Origin: Desulfosoma sp.
GTDB lineage: Bacteria > Desulfobacterota > Syntrophobacteria > Syntrophobacterales > DSM-9756
Direction: 5' to 3'
DNA: 64,000 nt
Assembly (NCBI GenBank): GCA_037481835.1
Contig: JBBFKW010000001.1
Span: 223,443 to 287,442, forward strand
The notes under the pieces were generated by a model. That model searched no databases. It was not told the DNA's origin and worked only from the letters and a program-made list of their open reading frames with translations. Positions 37,886-47,672 of this stretch are shown piece after piece (position 1 is the stretch's first letter; each line of letters opens with the position of its first letter). Position numbers and translations under genes: made by a program.

Positions 37886-39130
37886 CTACGGAATTCCGCC
37901 GTGAAGGGGAGTTGACGTTGGACGGGTCCGCCGCGCGGGCGGCAGGCGCCAGAGCGCCAAGAAGGCCATCACAAGGAAAAGAAGCCCCGTCGCCGTAAAT
38001 GTCGCCCGAAGCCCGAAACTGCCGGCCACGAGGGCTCCGAGAAGCGGCGCCACAGCTCGGGAACCCGAAACGACGGAGCTGTCCAGCCCGTAGACCGACC
38101 CTTCTTCCCCATGGGCTGTGTAGGCGGCCAAGAGAGAACTGGTGGAAGGCAGGGTGCCGCCCAAAGCCAGACCGCACAGGGCCTGGAGCGCCAAGAGCTG
38201 CCAGGCTTTTTCCACCAGACTTTGCGGAAGGTACGCCAGGCCGCCCAAAAGGGCGCAGGCCACCAACACTTTTTCATGCCCGATCCGATCCCCGAGCCGG
38301 CCCCAAAAGACGGCCGATAGAGCGCCCATGAAAGCCACCATGGCAAAAAGGACACCGGTGATGGTGTTCACCGAAGCCCCGGGTTCCAAAAGGGTTTGGA
38401 TGAAAAAGGGCGCGATGGGAATGATCATCATGCGCCCAAGATAGGCAAAAAAGCGGAGTCCGTAAGCCAAGGCCATGCCGCGCCTTTGGAGGATCTCTCG
38501 CCACGACCGCCACAGCCCGATGGACACATCCCCCAGGGAGGCCTTTTCCGGGGGCTGGAACACCTCCCGAACCCCTGCCGCAACCAGCAGACCGGCTGCA
38601 GCCAAGAGTCCCCCGGTGATGAGAAAGGCGGACCGGTAACCTAAGGTGTCGGCAAGGATGCCCCCCAGAAGCGGCCCCACGGCAATGCCGCCCGTCAGGC
38701 CCAATTGCATGACACCCATGGCATAACCGATGCGCTGCCGGGGGACCGCCGCTGCCACCAAAGCGTTGGCGGCGGAAATAATGCCGGTGATCAAGCCCTG
38801 GAGGGCTCGAAGAGCCACCAGTTCCTCGGCGGAACGCACAAACGCCATGGCCGTCAAAACCACCGCCCCTCCGAAAAGGGATCGTTCCACCATGAGTTTC
38901 CGGCCGAAACGGTCCGCCAACCCCCCCCAAATGGGAGAAGCCACCATCATGGTGAGAGCCTGGGACGAAAAAACCAGCCCCGCGAGGAGCTTAATGTCCC
39001 AATGCCACGCGGAACCCAAGTGCTCCACGTAAAGCGGCAGAAAAGGAAAGATTACGGAAAAACCCACGGCCGAAAGAAACTGGGCCGCAAACATGATCCA
39101 CAGCGTGCGCTTCCAATGGGCATCTTCCAT
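37886..39130 (-). CDS. MFS transporter (MdtG/DHA1-like)
   Basis: PFLPLY, WGGLADRFGRK and WGRLGDRIG motifs; about 12 TM helices. Confidence 0.92.
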   Translation of the reverse strand: MEDAHWKRTLWIMFAAQFLSAVGFSVIFPFLPLYVEHLGSAWHWDIKLLAGLVFSSQALTMMVASPIWGGLADRFGRKLMVERSLFGGAVVLTAMAFVRSAEELVALRALQGLITGIISAANALVAAAVPRQRIGYAMGVMQLGLTGGIAVGPLLGGILADTLGYRSAFLITGGLLAAAGLLVAAGVREVFQPPEKASLGDVSIGLWRSWREILQRRGMALAYGLRFFAYLGRMMIIPIAPFFIQTLLEPGASVNTITGVLFAMVAFMGALSAVFWGRLGDRIGHEKVLVACALLGGLAYLPQSLVEKAWQLLALQALCGLALGGTLPSTSSLLAAYTAHGEEGSVYGLDSSVVSGSRAVAPLLGALVAGSFGLRATFTATGLLFLVMAFLALWRLPPARRTRPTSTPLHGGIP

Positions 39131-39366
39131 CAATTCCCCCAAAACCTTCCGTGCTCCCGATTCCTTCGCCGTCCGAGCCCGTCATCCTAGCCGCACTGGG
39201 CGGGCCCTGACAACCCCAGCTGCGCGAACGCGCCACGAAACGTGGGATCGCAAAACAGACTTCTCAACTCGGTCGATTATTGCTAAGGTGCGCGCTCACT
39301 CCAGTTGACACGGCCTCACGGTGTGCATAACTGAGAGAAAACGCCTTTAGGAAAAAGGAGCGCCCA

Positions 39367-39696
39367 ATGGTTCACATGACACCGAAAGCGGAAGAGGTTC
39401 TCAAGGAGTACTTCCAGGACAAAGAGATCCATCCCATCCGGATCTTTCTCCAGCAGGGAGGATGAAGCGGTCCGTCCCTGGCCATGGTTCTGGATGAACC
39501 TACGAACGCGGATGAGGTTTTCAAGATCAACGGTTTTACCATGGTGGTCAACCGAAACCTGCTCGAACTGACCAAGTCCCTGACCGTGGACTTCGTGGAC
39601 CACGGCATGGTGTCCGGGTTTCGCGTACTCTCCGAAGTGCCCATAGGCGGCGGGGGCGGATGCGGCAGTTCCTGCAGCACCTCGTGCAGCTGCTGA
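39367..39696 (+). CDS. HesB/IscA-like selenoprotein (UGA read as Sec at codon 33)
   Basis: AAGGAG RBS. MVHMTPKAEEVLKEYFQDKEIHPIRIFLQQGG-U-SGPSLAMVLDEP...GGGGGCGSSCSTSCSC. In-frame TGA at 39463-39465 occupies the Cys position of the HesB GGCSG motif. Confidence 0.9.
39486..39500 (+). promoter_or_regulatory. Candidate bacterial SECIS apical hairpin
   Basis: GGTTC-TGGAT-GAACC, with the loop about 26 nt downstream of the UGA. Confidence 0.5.
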
Positions 39697-39728
39697 AAGG
39701 CTTGGAAAATCAGAAAACGTTTTTTCCG

Positions 39729-39754
39729 AAAGGGCCCTCGGGGCCCTTTTTTTT
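39729..39754 (+). terminator. Intrinsic terminator, probably bidirectional
   Basis: AAAGGGCCC-TCG-GGGCCC followed by TTTTTTTT, between convergent genes. Confidence 0.85.
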
Positions 39755-39802
39755 GCCTTTTTTCCGGGAAAGGATTGGAGTCGGGGAAAGTTTCCAAGGG
39801 GT

Positions 39803-41458
39803 TCAAAAGCGGCGGGACCGAATGATGGTCACGATGAGCCAGAGCCCAAAAAGGCCGGAGACAAGGTAGCCGATGATGCCCAAAGCGGGATATCCGAACA
39901 GGGACGGTTCCACTCCCGTGGTAATGATCATGGAAGAGCCGATGATCATGGCGGCGATGATGAGCCCCAGGGTCAGCCGGTTGGAAATGCTGTCCAACGT
40001 GCGTCTGAGATCCCCCAGGTTTTCGTGCTGAAACCGTACGTTCAATTCCCCGCGCTGCATCTTGTCCAGGATCTGGAGAATCCGAGGCGGAACGTCCCGC
40101 TGCATCTGGGCCAGGTGCCGCAGTGTGCGCCGAAATCCCCGCAGCAGCTCGGGCGGCCTCCAGCGCTCCATGGACAGCCGTTTTACCAGGTCCTCGGCCT
40201 CTTCGATGACGTTGAGATCCGGGGCCAACTCCCGGGCCGTGCCTTCGGCCGTAATGAGGGCGCGGATCATCATGGCCAGGTCGGAAGGCAGGTGGAGTTT
40301 GTACTCGCGCAGCAGGGTGGCCATGTCCATGAGTAGTGAGCCCAAATTGATTTCTTTCAAGGGGAGGCCGTGGTAGGCATCGAGAAGATCCAGGATCTCC
40401 CGGTGGATCAGGGAGCGCTGTTCGGCGGAACTCCCTCGAGCGAATGCCAAAACGATTTCCAAAACCCTTTCGCTGTCCTTTTCCACAATGGCATGGATGA
40501 GATCGATGATTTCATAGCGGATATCGCGGCTCAACCGCCCCACCATGCCCCAGTCCAACAGACAGAGGGATCGGTCGCTTGTGACCAGAATGTTGCCGGG
40601 GTGCGGATCGGCGTGGAAAAAACCGTCTTCCAAAATCTGCTTGACCATGGCCTTCAAACCGAGGCGGGCCAGCTCAAGCCTTTCCCCTTCGGCGGCATCG
40701 GCCATGGCTTCGGAAAGCCGCCGGCCCTGGATGAGTTCCATGGTGAGGACGTGGCGCCGCACGTAGGCATCGAAAACCCGAGGGGCGAAACAGTGCGTGA
40801 GGTTTCGAAAGTTGGCTCTGAAGATGCGGATGTTTCTCGCCTCCAGAGTAAAATCCAACTCGCGCATCATGGTTCGCCGCAGTTCCCTTGCCAAATTGGG
40901 CAGCTCATAGACCCTGAAGTCCTCGAGCCTTTCGTGGATTTCGTGAGCCACAACCTCTAAGATATACAAATCTTTCCTGATGATTTGGCCGATGCCGGGC
41001 CGTTGCACCTTGACCGCCACGGCCTCCCTGGATGAGGCCAGCACGGCGCGGTGCACTTGGGCCATGGACGCCGATGCCAGCGGCTCTTCTTCAAATTGGG
41101 AAAAAATATCCTCCAAGGGGCTTTCCAGGGATTTTTCCAAAACCGCGCGCACTTCGGCAAAGGGGACCGGAGCCACCTCTTCCCGGAGTTTTCTCAATTC
41201 CTGAATCAATGCATAGGGCAGGAGGTCCGGCCTGAGGCTCATCATCTGGCCGAACTTGACGAAAGTGGGGCCCAGATCTTCCAAGGCCCGGCGGATTCTT
41301 TCGAAGGTGGTCGTTCCGGCTTCCAGGGGATGGCGGGATCCCGGCAGATAGCGCGTGGGAAAGCCGAGGCGGTTCAGAACATCATCGAATCCGTATCGAA
41401 AAAGGATGACGGCGATGTCCTTGAATCGCCCCAGATGCATGATGGTTTTGAAATCCAC
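39803..41458 (-). CDS. ABC1/AarF/UbiB-family atypical kinase
   Basis: LGPTFVKFGQ, ASASMAQVH, VAVKVQRP, HADPHPGN and LDWG motifs; C-terminal TM helices. Confidence 0.93.
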   Translation of the reverse strand: MDFKTIMHLGRFKDIAVILFRYGFDDVLNRLGFPTRYLPGSRHPLEAGTTTFERIRRALEDLGPTFVKFGQMMSLRPDLLPYALIQELRKLREEVAPVPFAEVRAVLEKSLESPLEDIFSQFEEEPLASASMAQVHRAVLASSREAVAVKVQRPGIGQIIRKDLYILEVVAHEIHERLEDFRVYELPNLARELRRTMMRELDFTLEARNIRIFRANFRNLTHCFAPRVFDAYVRRHVLTMELIQGRRLSEAMADAAEGERLELARLGLKAMVKQILEDGFFHADPHPGNILVTSDRSLCLLDWGMVGRLSRDIRYEIIDLIHAIVEKDSERVLEIVLAFARGSSAEQRSLIHREILDLLDAYHGLPLKEINLGSLLMDMATLLREYKLHLPSDLAMMIRALITAEGTARELAPDLNVIEEAEDLVKRLSMERWRPPELLRGFRRTLRHLAQMQRDVPPRILQILDKMQRGELNVRFQHENLGDLRRTLDSISNRLTLGLIIAAMIIGSSMIITTGVEPSLFGYPALGIIGYLVSGLFGLWLIVTIIRSRRF

Positions 41459-41498
41459 ACCGCCCCCTCCGCCGTCGAGCGAATTCCGACCCGGCAGC

Positions 41499-41819
41499 TT
41501 AGGCCGCGCCCAGGCGTTCTTCCAGCATGGACAGGCGCTTTTCCAGGTTTTCCACGCGGTCCTTCAGGGCATCCACCTCGCTGCGCCGCGCCACATCCAC
41601 CCGTTCCACGGCCTTCTTGATGTTCTCACTGAGCGAGGTCTGGATTTCCTCCCACTGGCGTTCGCCGCTGCGGATGAGCTCCTCGGCCAGGCTGTCGGCC
41701 TCTTCCCTGGAAAGCTTTCCTTCCTCGACCAACGACTTGGTGGCTTTCTCCACCCGTTCCTTGGTCATCACCACGGCCCCCAAGCTGGCCAGAAGACCTT
41801 TTCTGATAAGCTCCAGCAT
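41499..41819 (-). CDS. Phasin-like (PhaF/I-type) helical protein
   Basis: KGLLASLGAV..TKER...LVEEGKLS pattern with a C-terminal coiled coil; adjacent to the ABC1 kinase. Confidence 0.75.
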   Translation of the reverse strand: MLELIRKGLLASLGAVVMTKERVEKATKSLVEEGKLSREEADSLAEELIRSGERQWEEIQTSLSENIKKAVERVDVARRSEVDALKDRVENLEKRLSMLEERLGAA

Positions 41820-41880
41820 AAGTTCGCTCCTTCTCTTGGAAAGACCATGCCCGAATCCCCGCCGCCAGGATCTGTGTCCT

Positions 41881-42792
41881 TTACATGCCTTCGACGCGAA
41901 GCTCGATGTAGGCGTCCCCTCGCACCGGGGCCCCTCGGTGTTTGACTTGCTTGCCCAGGTTTTTCAACCGAAGGCGCGTTCCGCTGGAAACGCCGGGCGG
42001 GATCCTGACCGCAACCCTTTTGTTGTCAAGGTGGGGCAAGGCCACTTCCATAACGGTCCCGTGCAGGGCTTCTTCCAAATCGATGGTCAGCCGATACACC
42101 ACATCGGCACCGCCGGCGCCTTCGGAAACGCCCGAGCTGTCCTTGCCGTCAAGGCCCACCCATTCCAAGGCTTTGCGCACCAGGCGTTTGCCCAAGTTCT
42201 TCCCCGCCTGGTAGAGAAGCGACGCCCCCATTTTCAGCACGGGAAGCACCAGAGAGGATTTCTGCGGAGTTTGAGAGAAACCGAAACCCTGGTCCGAACC
42301 CGATCGGCTCTCCGGCCGTTGGGTGTAGCGATGGACACGCACGCCTTGAGGCCCCCCCCACATGGTCGTGCGAAAGACAAACGTCTTTCCCCCGAAAAAC
42401 ATGTCGTTGAGGAAACCATCATCGAAGCGAAAACCCATGCGCTCGAATTCTCGTCGCATTTCCGCGAAAATTTCCTGTGCCTGGCGGCTCGTGAAAAAAT
42501 CGCGAAAGATGTCTTCCTGGCTGTAGCCGAAGCCGCCGGAAGGTCCATAGGCGCCCCCGCTCTGGAACCCCATGGCCCGATACCGGTCGTACTCCGCCCT
42601 CTTCTCGGGATCGGACAAAACGCCGTAGGCTTCGTTGATCTTTTTGAACCGTTCTTCCGCCGCAGGATCTCCCGGATTGCGGTCCGGGTGGGTCTCCAAA
42701 GCCAACTTTCGGAAAGCCTTCTTGATCTCTTCCGGCGACGCCTCTGGGGAAACCCCCAAAATGGCGTAATAGTCGTTGCGGCCTGATGCCAT
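41881..42792 (-). CDS. DnaJ-family co-chaperone without zinc finger (CbpA-like)
   Basis: J domain with HPD, G/F region with DIF, and a partial DnaJ C-terminal domain. Confidence 0.9.
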   Translation of the reverse strand: MASGRNDYYAILGVSPEASPEEIKKAFRKLALETHPDRNPGDPAAEERFKKINEAYGVLSDPEKRAEYDRYRAMGFQSGGAYGPSGGFGYSQEDIFRDFFTSRQAQEIFAEMRREFERMGFRFDDGFLNDMFFGGKTFVFRTTMWGGPQGVRVHRYTQRPESRSGSDQGFGFSQTPQKSSLVLPVLKMGASLLYQAGKNLGKRLVRKALEWVGLDGKDSSGVSEGAGGADVVYRLTIDLEEALHGTVMEVALPHLDNKRVAVRIPPGVSSGTRLRLKNLGKQVKHRGAPVRGDAYIELRVEGM

Positions 42793-43126
42793 AGCTGCTC
42801 CCTTTCCATCCTCAAGATTGCCGGCGTCCACCAACGCGCCCGTGACGCCGGACGTCCATACGGGTCCTCCAGGGCACCGTTTTAAATCAGTCTATCATTA
42901 TCCGACCGAACGCGGCACAGAAAATGTCGGCGCCGAAGAGCCGTGTCCCTGGGCTCTTGTCGGATCGGCCTTCATCGCCATCGGCGTCTTGTGAGATCCA
43001 TCCCATGGGCAAGCTCCAACCCTTGAACACCGCCTTCTGCAGGAAACACCCGATCGCTGTCCGTCCTTTTATCAATCCGGTCAGGCCTCATCGAGAATAT
43101 CGGGATGGAGGTTTTTCGTCGGCGCT

Positions 43127-44896
43127 TCAAGGCGAAGGGGCCGCTTCCGTGCGCGCACAGACACCGCACGTTCGACACGCTTCATCTTGGGGGCACGGCT
43201 CCGAAGGGAGCCCCTCCATGGCATTTTCGTATTGAGCGCGCAGAAAGGATCTTTTCACCCCGTGATCCACGATTTCCCATGGAAAGAGCTCGTCGGCGCC
43301 CCGTTCCCGCATCACCCAAAAATCCGGGTTGAGGACCGACGTCTTCGCAGCCTGGCTCCAGTTCATGCGCTCCACCACGGTCTTTTCCAAAAGATCGCCC
43401 ACCCGCCGATCCCCCCGGGCAAGAAGCGCTTGAACGTAGGCCCATTTGGGCAGATCGAAATGCACTCGGACATTGGAGACTTTTCCCAAAGCCTGCTGGA
43501 GCCACTTCGCCTTGGACTTGAGGTCCCCGATTCCTGCGAACGCCGCCCATTGGAAAGGGGTAAAAGGCTTGGGCACGAAAGAATGGATGCTGAGCGTAAT
43601 GACCCCCACCTTTTTCCGCCCCCGGCTCCGCTCCAACACCCGATGTTTGACCCTTTTGACAAGATCGACGACGGCCGCCAGGTCTTCCCGCGTCTCCCCA
43701 GGTAGGCCGATCATAAAATAGAGCTTTAGGTGGAGAATGCCGCAATCGGTCAAGCGTTCCGCCGCCGAAAGCACATCCTCATCGCTTAGAGTCTTGCCGA
43801 TGACCGCCCGCAGGCGCTCCGAACCCGCTTCGGGAGCCACGGCCACCGCCCTGAGGGCGCTCTCGCCGAGGGCCTTAAGAATATCGGGCGAGACCTTGTC
43901 CGCACGCAGAGAGGAAAAATGCACCTGAACGCCCCTTTGCAAAAGATGCCGACACAACTCGTCCATCTGAGGATGGTCGGATACCGCGGGACTCACGAGG
44001 CCGATCCTCGAAGTGTGCGGCAGCCATCTCTCCACGATGGACCTTATGGCTGAGACGGAATGGAAACGAGGGGGCCTGTAGACGAACCCGGCCGCACAGA
44101 AGCGGCAGCCCCGGGGGCAGCCTCGCCCGATTTCAATCAATGCGGTGTCGGAAAATTCGGTTTCTTCGGTCACGATGACCGAATGGGCAGGGCAAACCTT
44201 CTCAAAATCGGCCTTGACGGCTCGGACTCTTCGGGGGACCGCCCCCGTTCGCTCAACCGTCTCCAGGAGTCCCTCTCGGCCGTAACGGGGCGTGTAAAAC
44301 CGAGGCGCATAAAGGCCTGGGCACCCTTCGGCCAACGCCTCAACGATCTCCTCGCGGGACAGTCCCCGAGCCCCCACGTCTCTCCATGTTCGAACGAAGG
44401 GATCCACAAGGCCTTCCGCCTCCCCGATAAAGAAAAAATCCATAAAAGACGCCAGCGGTTCCGGGTTGAGAAAGACGGCGACGCCGCCGGCGGCGACCAG
44501 CGGATCCCTGGAGCGCCGTTCGGCGCTTCTCAGCGAAAGCCCCGCCCAAAGAAGCATTTCGAGGACCGCCGGGTAGTCGTTTTCGAAGGAAATGGAAAAG
44601 GCGATCAGGTGAAAGTCCGTCAAAGGGCGGGCGGACTCGAAGGAAAGCAGGTGTTCCCGGCCGGACCGGAACACGGCGATCGTCTCGGGGTCGGGATAAA
44701 AGACCCTTTCGCAGGTCACATCGGGGATTTCATTGAAAAGCCGATAGGCCGTTTGAAAGCCCAGGTTGGACATTCCAACCCGATAAGTATTTGGAAAGGC
44801 AAGGGCGATACGGACCGATCCTCCCGCGTTCCAGGAGAGGATGGATTTTTCTTTGGAAAGCCGCAGCTGGGATTGGCGCTTCTGCTTCCAACTCAT
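43127..44896 (-). CDS. Radical SAM protein
   Basis: FPNTYRVGMSNLG, GRGCPRGCRFC, APEAGSERLR and FVPKPFTPFQ motifs; C-terminal C-x5-CxxCxxC. Confidence 0.9.
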   Translation of the reverse strand: MSWKQKRQSQLRLSKEKSILSWNAGGSVRIALAFPNTYRVGMSNLGFQTAYRLFNEIPDVTCERVFYPDPETIAVFRSGREHLLSFESARPLTDFHLIAFSISFENDYPAVLEMLLWAGLSLRSAERRSRDPLVAAGGVAVFLNPEPLASFMDFFFIGEAEGLVDPFVRTWRDVGARGLSREEIVEALAEGCPGLYAPRFYTPRYGREGLLETVERTGAVPRRVRAVKADFEKVCPAHSVIVTEETEFSDTALIEIGRGCPRGCRFCAAGFVYRPPRFHSVSAIRSIVERWLPHTSRIGLVSPAVSDHPQMDELCRHLLQRGVQVHFSSLRADKVSPDILKALGESALRAVAVAPEAGSERLRAVIGKTLSDEDVLSAAERLTDCGILHLKLYFMIGLPGETREDLAAVVDLVKRVKHRVLERSRGRKKVGVITLSIHSFVPKPFTPFQWAAFAGIGDLKSKAKWLQQALGKVSNVRVHFDLPKWAYVQALLARGDRRVGDLLEKTVVERMNWSQAAKTSVLNPDFWVMRERGADELFPWEIVDHGVKRSFLRAQYENAMEGLPSEPCPQDEACRTCGVCARTEAAPSP

Positions 44897-45109
44897 GGCC
44901 GTGCGGGGCCGACGATCCCGGAGGGAACACTCCCGCACCAGGCCCCCGAGAGCCGGAAGCCCGTCCCGTGACGTTCTCCCCTGCAAGAGGGCCCCAAGGA
45001 CCCGTGTTCAAGGAGGCGGGACGGCACCGCGAACTCCGAGGCTCGCCGGGCCGTCACCGCCCCTTGTCATGACAGGACGGGGAGTCGTGCCATGGAAAGC
45101 CGAACAGAC

Positions 45110-46303
45110 TCAATCGGCCTGTTTGCGAATAAAGGTGGGAATGTTCCAGTCTTCCTCGTCGACCGCTCCTCCCGTCAGTCTCTTGAAGAAGCTGCGCCTT
45201 CTCGGGCGATCCTCCAAGATCAAATCATCGCGGATCGGCGCACTCGCCGCAGCCGGCAGCACCGTGGTCTCCGGCACATGGGGCATCACCGGTTCCGCCG
45301 AAAGATCAGGGCGGATGCGCGCCATGCGGGACACGTCGCGTTTGGCCTGCTGTTTGGGCTGCCCGATGCCTGTGGCGATCACCGTCACGCGTAGCTCATC
45401 GCCCATGGATTCGTCAATAGTCGTGCCGAGGATGATTTGGGCTTCATTGTCCACTTCGTTGTAAATGATCGTGGACGCTTCTTCGAATTCGTACATGGCG
45501 AGATCCGGGCCCGCACAGATGTTGATGAGGGCGGCCCGGGCCCCATGGATGGAAATGTCTTCAAGGAGCGGGCTGGAAATGGCCATCTGAGCCGCCATGG
45601 CTGCGCGGTTTTCTCCCTTGGCCACCCCGGTGCCCATCATGGCCAGTCCCATCTCGCTCATGACCGTCTTCACATCAGCGAAATCCACGTTGATCAAGCC
45701 GGGATTCATGATGAGATCCGAAATGCCCTTGACGGCGTGGAGCAAGACGTCATCCGCCTTGCGGAACATCTCCAGGAGGGTCGCCCGCCGGTCGGCCAAG
45801 CTGGTGAGGCGGTTGTTGGGAATACTGATGAGGGTGTCCACCACTTCCCCCAGCGCCTTAAGGCCTTGCTCGGCATTGCGCTGGCGCACCTTGCCCTCGA
45901 AGCTGAACGGTTTCGTCACGACGGCCACGGTCAAGGCCCCCAGTTCCTTACACACCCTGGCGATGATCGGGGCGCCGCCCGTGCCTGTTCCCCCGCCCAG
46001 ACCCGCCGTGATGAAGACCATGTCGCTGTCCTGTAGGGCTTCCCGGACTTTGTCCAAGTCCTCTTCAGTGGCCTTGGCCCCCTTTTCAGGATCGCCGCCG
46101 GCACCCAAGCCCTTGGTCAGATTGGTGCCCAGCTGGATGCGCACGCTCGCCTTGCTTCTTTCCAGGACCTGGAAGTCCGTGTTGGCGGCGATGAATTCCA
46201 CGCCTTCCATGCCCGCATCGATCATGTTGTTGATGGCGTTGCCACCCCCGCCCCCGATTCCCAAAACCTTGATTTTGGCTCCATTCATCGGTCTGCCTTC
46301 CAT
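45110..46303 (-). CDS. ftsZ: Cell division protein FtsZ
   Basis: GGGTGTG tubulin signature, NVDFAD and C-terminal IPTFIRK. Confidence 0.99.
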   Translation of the reverse strand: MEGRPMNGAKIKVLGIGGGGGNAINNMIDAGMEGVEFIAANTDFQVLERSKASVRIQLGTNLTKGLGAGGDPEKGAKATEEDLDKVREALQDSDMVFITAGLGGGTGTGGAPIIARVCKELGALTVAVVTKPFSFEGKVRQRNAEQGLKALGEVVDTLISIPNNRLTSLADRRATLLEMFRKADDVLLHAVKGISDLIMNPGLINVDFADVKTVMSEMGLAMMGTGVAKGENRAAMAAQMAISSPLLEDISIHGARAALINICAGPDLAMYEFEEASTIIYNEVDNEAQIILGTTIDESMGDELRVTVIATGIGQPKQQAKRDVSRMARIRPDLSAEPVMPHVPETTVLPAAASAPIRDDLILEDRPRRRSFFKRLTGGAVDEEDWNIPTFIRKQAD

Positions 46304-46397
46304 AACGACTCCCCCTTTTACCGTGTTGACGTTTCCCCGTCCACGCTCGCCCTTTCGGGCGAACCTCTGAAAACCCGTGCCGATCCCGAACGGAAAC

Positions 46398-47621
46398 CTA
46401 AAATTCCCGAAGCCACTGCTTGATTCCCCCCCATGCCCTCCGCCACCACGTCCCTTCTGACGATCCCGGATGCACCCGCGGGCCGTGCCGTCGCCCGTAG
46501 AGCAAAAGGCCCGTGGCCGTAGCGTACACGGGGTTTTTCACAACATCGCCCAGCCCGCCGAATCGATAGGGAACCCCGACGCGCACCGGCAAATCGAAGA
46601 CGCGTTCCGCCAGGTCCCGAATTCCCGGCAGCAAGGACACCCCGCCGGTGAGCACCACGCCGGCGTGCAGGAATTCCATGTAGCCGGAGCGGATAAGCTC
46701 CAATTCCGTAACCTTCAAAATCTCCTCGACCCGGGCTTCGATGATTTCGGCCAGGATGGAGCGAGCCAATTCACGGGGCTTCTGCCCTCCCACGGACCCC
46801 ACGGCGATCACCTCCTGGGGATCCACCCGGTCGATCAGGGCGCAGCCGTACTGGCGCTTGATCTTTTCCGCCTCCTCAATGGCGGTGCGCAGCCCCACGG
46901 AGATGTCCGACGTGACGTGATTGCCGCCCAACCCGATCACCGAAGAATACCGAATGGCCTGTTCGCGAAAGACCGCCACATCCGTGGTGCCTCCTCCCAT
47001 GTCCACCAAGGCCACCCCCAGGTGCTTTTCGTCGGGATCCAGAACCGATTCGCTGGAAGCCAGGGATTCCATGACGACATCCAGCACGTGCAGACCCGCC
47101 CGCTCGCAGCACTTGACGATATTCTGCACGGCGCTGGACGCCCCCGTGACGATGTGCACCTTGGCTTCCAGCCGCACGCCGGACATGCCCAGCGGGTCCT
47201 GAATCCCTTCCTGATCGTCCACAATGAATTGCTGCGGCAGCACGTGCAGCACGCGGCGATCGAAAGGCATGGCGATGGCTTTGGCTGCCTCCAAAACCCG
47301 GTCCACATCCGTTCGGGTCACCTCGCGGCTCTTGATGGCAATGACCCCGTGGCTGTTGAGGCTTGTGATGTGCGTGCCGCCGATGCTGGCGTAGACTGCT
47401 GAAATCTGGCACCCCGCCATTCTTTCGGCTTCGCTCACCGCCTTGCGGATGGCATTGACCGTCTGATCGATGTTGACGACCACACCGCCGCGCATGCCCA
47501 CCGACGGCGTGGTGCCCACCCCGACAATGTCAATCCCCTCGGGGGTCACCTCCCCGACAACGACGCACACCTTGGTGGTCCCCAGATCCAACCCGACGAT
47601 CAGCTCATCTTTTCTCGCCAT
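46398..47621 (-). CDS. ftsA: Cell division protein FtsA
   Basis: LDLGTTK, DMGGGTT and a C-terminal amphipathic helix. Confidence 0.98.
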   Translation of the reverse strand: MARKDELIVGLDLGTTKVCVVVGEVTPEGIDIVGVGTTPSVGMRGGVVVNIDQTVNAIRKAVSEAERMAGCQISAVYASIGGTHITSLNSHGVIAIKSREVTRTDVDRVLEAAKAIAMPFDRRVLHVLPQQFIVDDQEGIQDPLGMSGVRLEAKVHIVTGASSAVQNIVKCCERAGLHVLDVVMESLASSESVLDPDEKHLGVALVDMGGGTTDVAVFREQAIRYSSVIGLGGNHVTSDISVGLRTAIEEAEKIKRQYGCALIDRVDPQEVIAVGSVGGQKPRELARSILAEIIEARVEEILKVTELELIRSGYMEFLHAGVVLTGGVSLLPGIRDLAERVFDLPVRVGVPYRFGGLGDVVKNPVYATATGLLLYGRRHGPRVHPGSSEGTWWRRAWGGIKQWLREF

Positions 47622-47672
47622 GGCCCCCTCTCGCCCGTCAGGCCCCGAAGCGCTCCCGAAGCGGGCCTCGGT

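Noticed and set aside
39367..39465. Pseudogene interpretation of the HesB-like gene
   Set aside because: The only stop is a TGA exactly at the conserved Cys position, with a downstream hairpin and selA nearby, so recoding is more parsimonious.
42793..43126. Small ORFs in the gap between the radical SAM gene and dnaJ
   Set aside because: No convincing RBS or motif. More likely the dnaJ promoter region.
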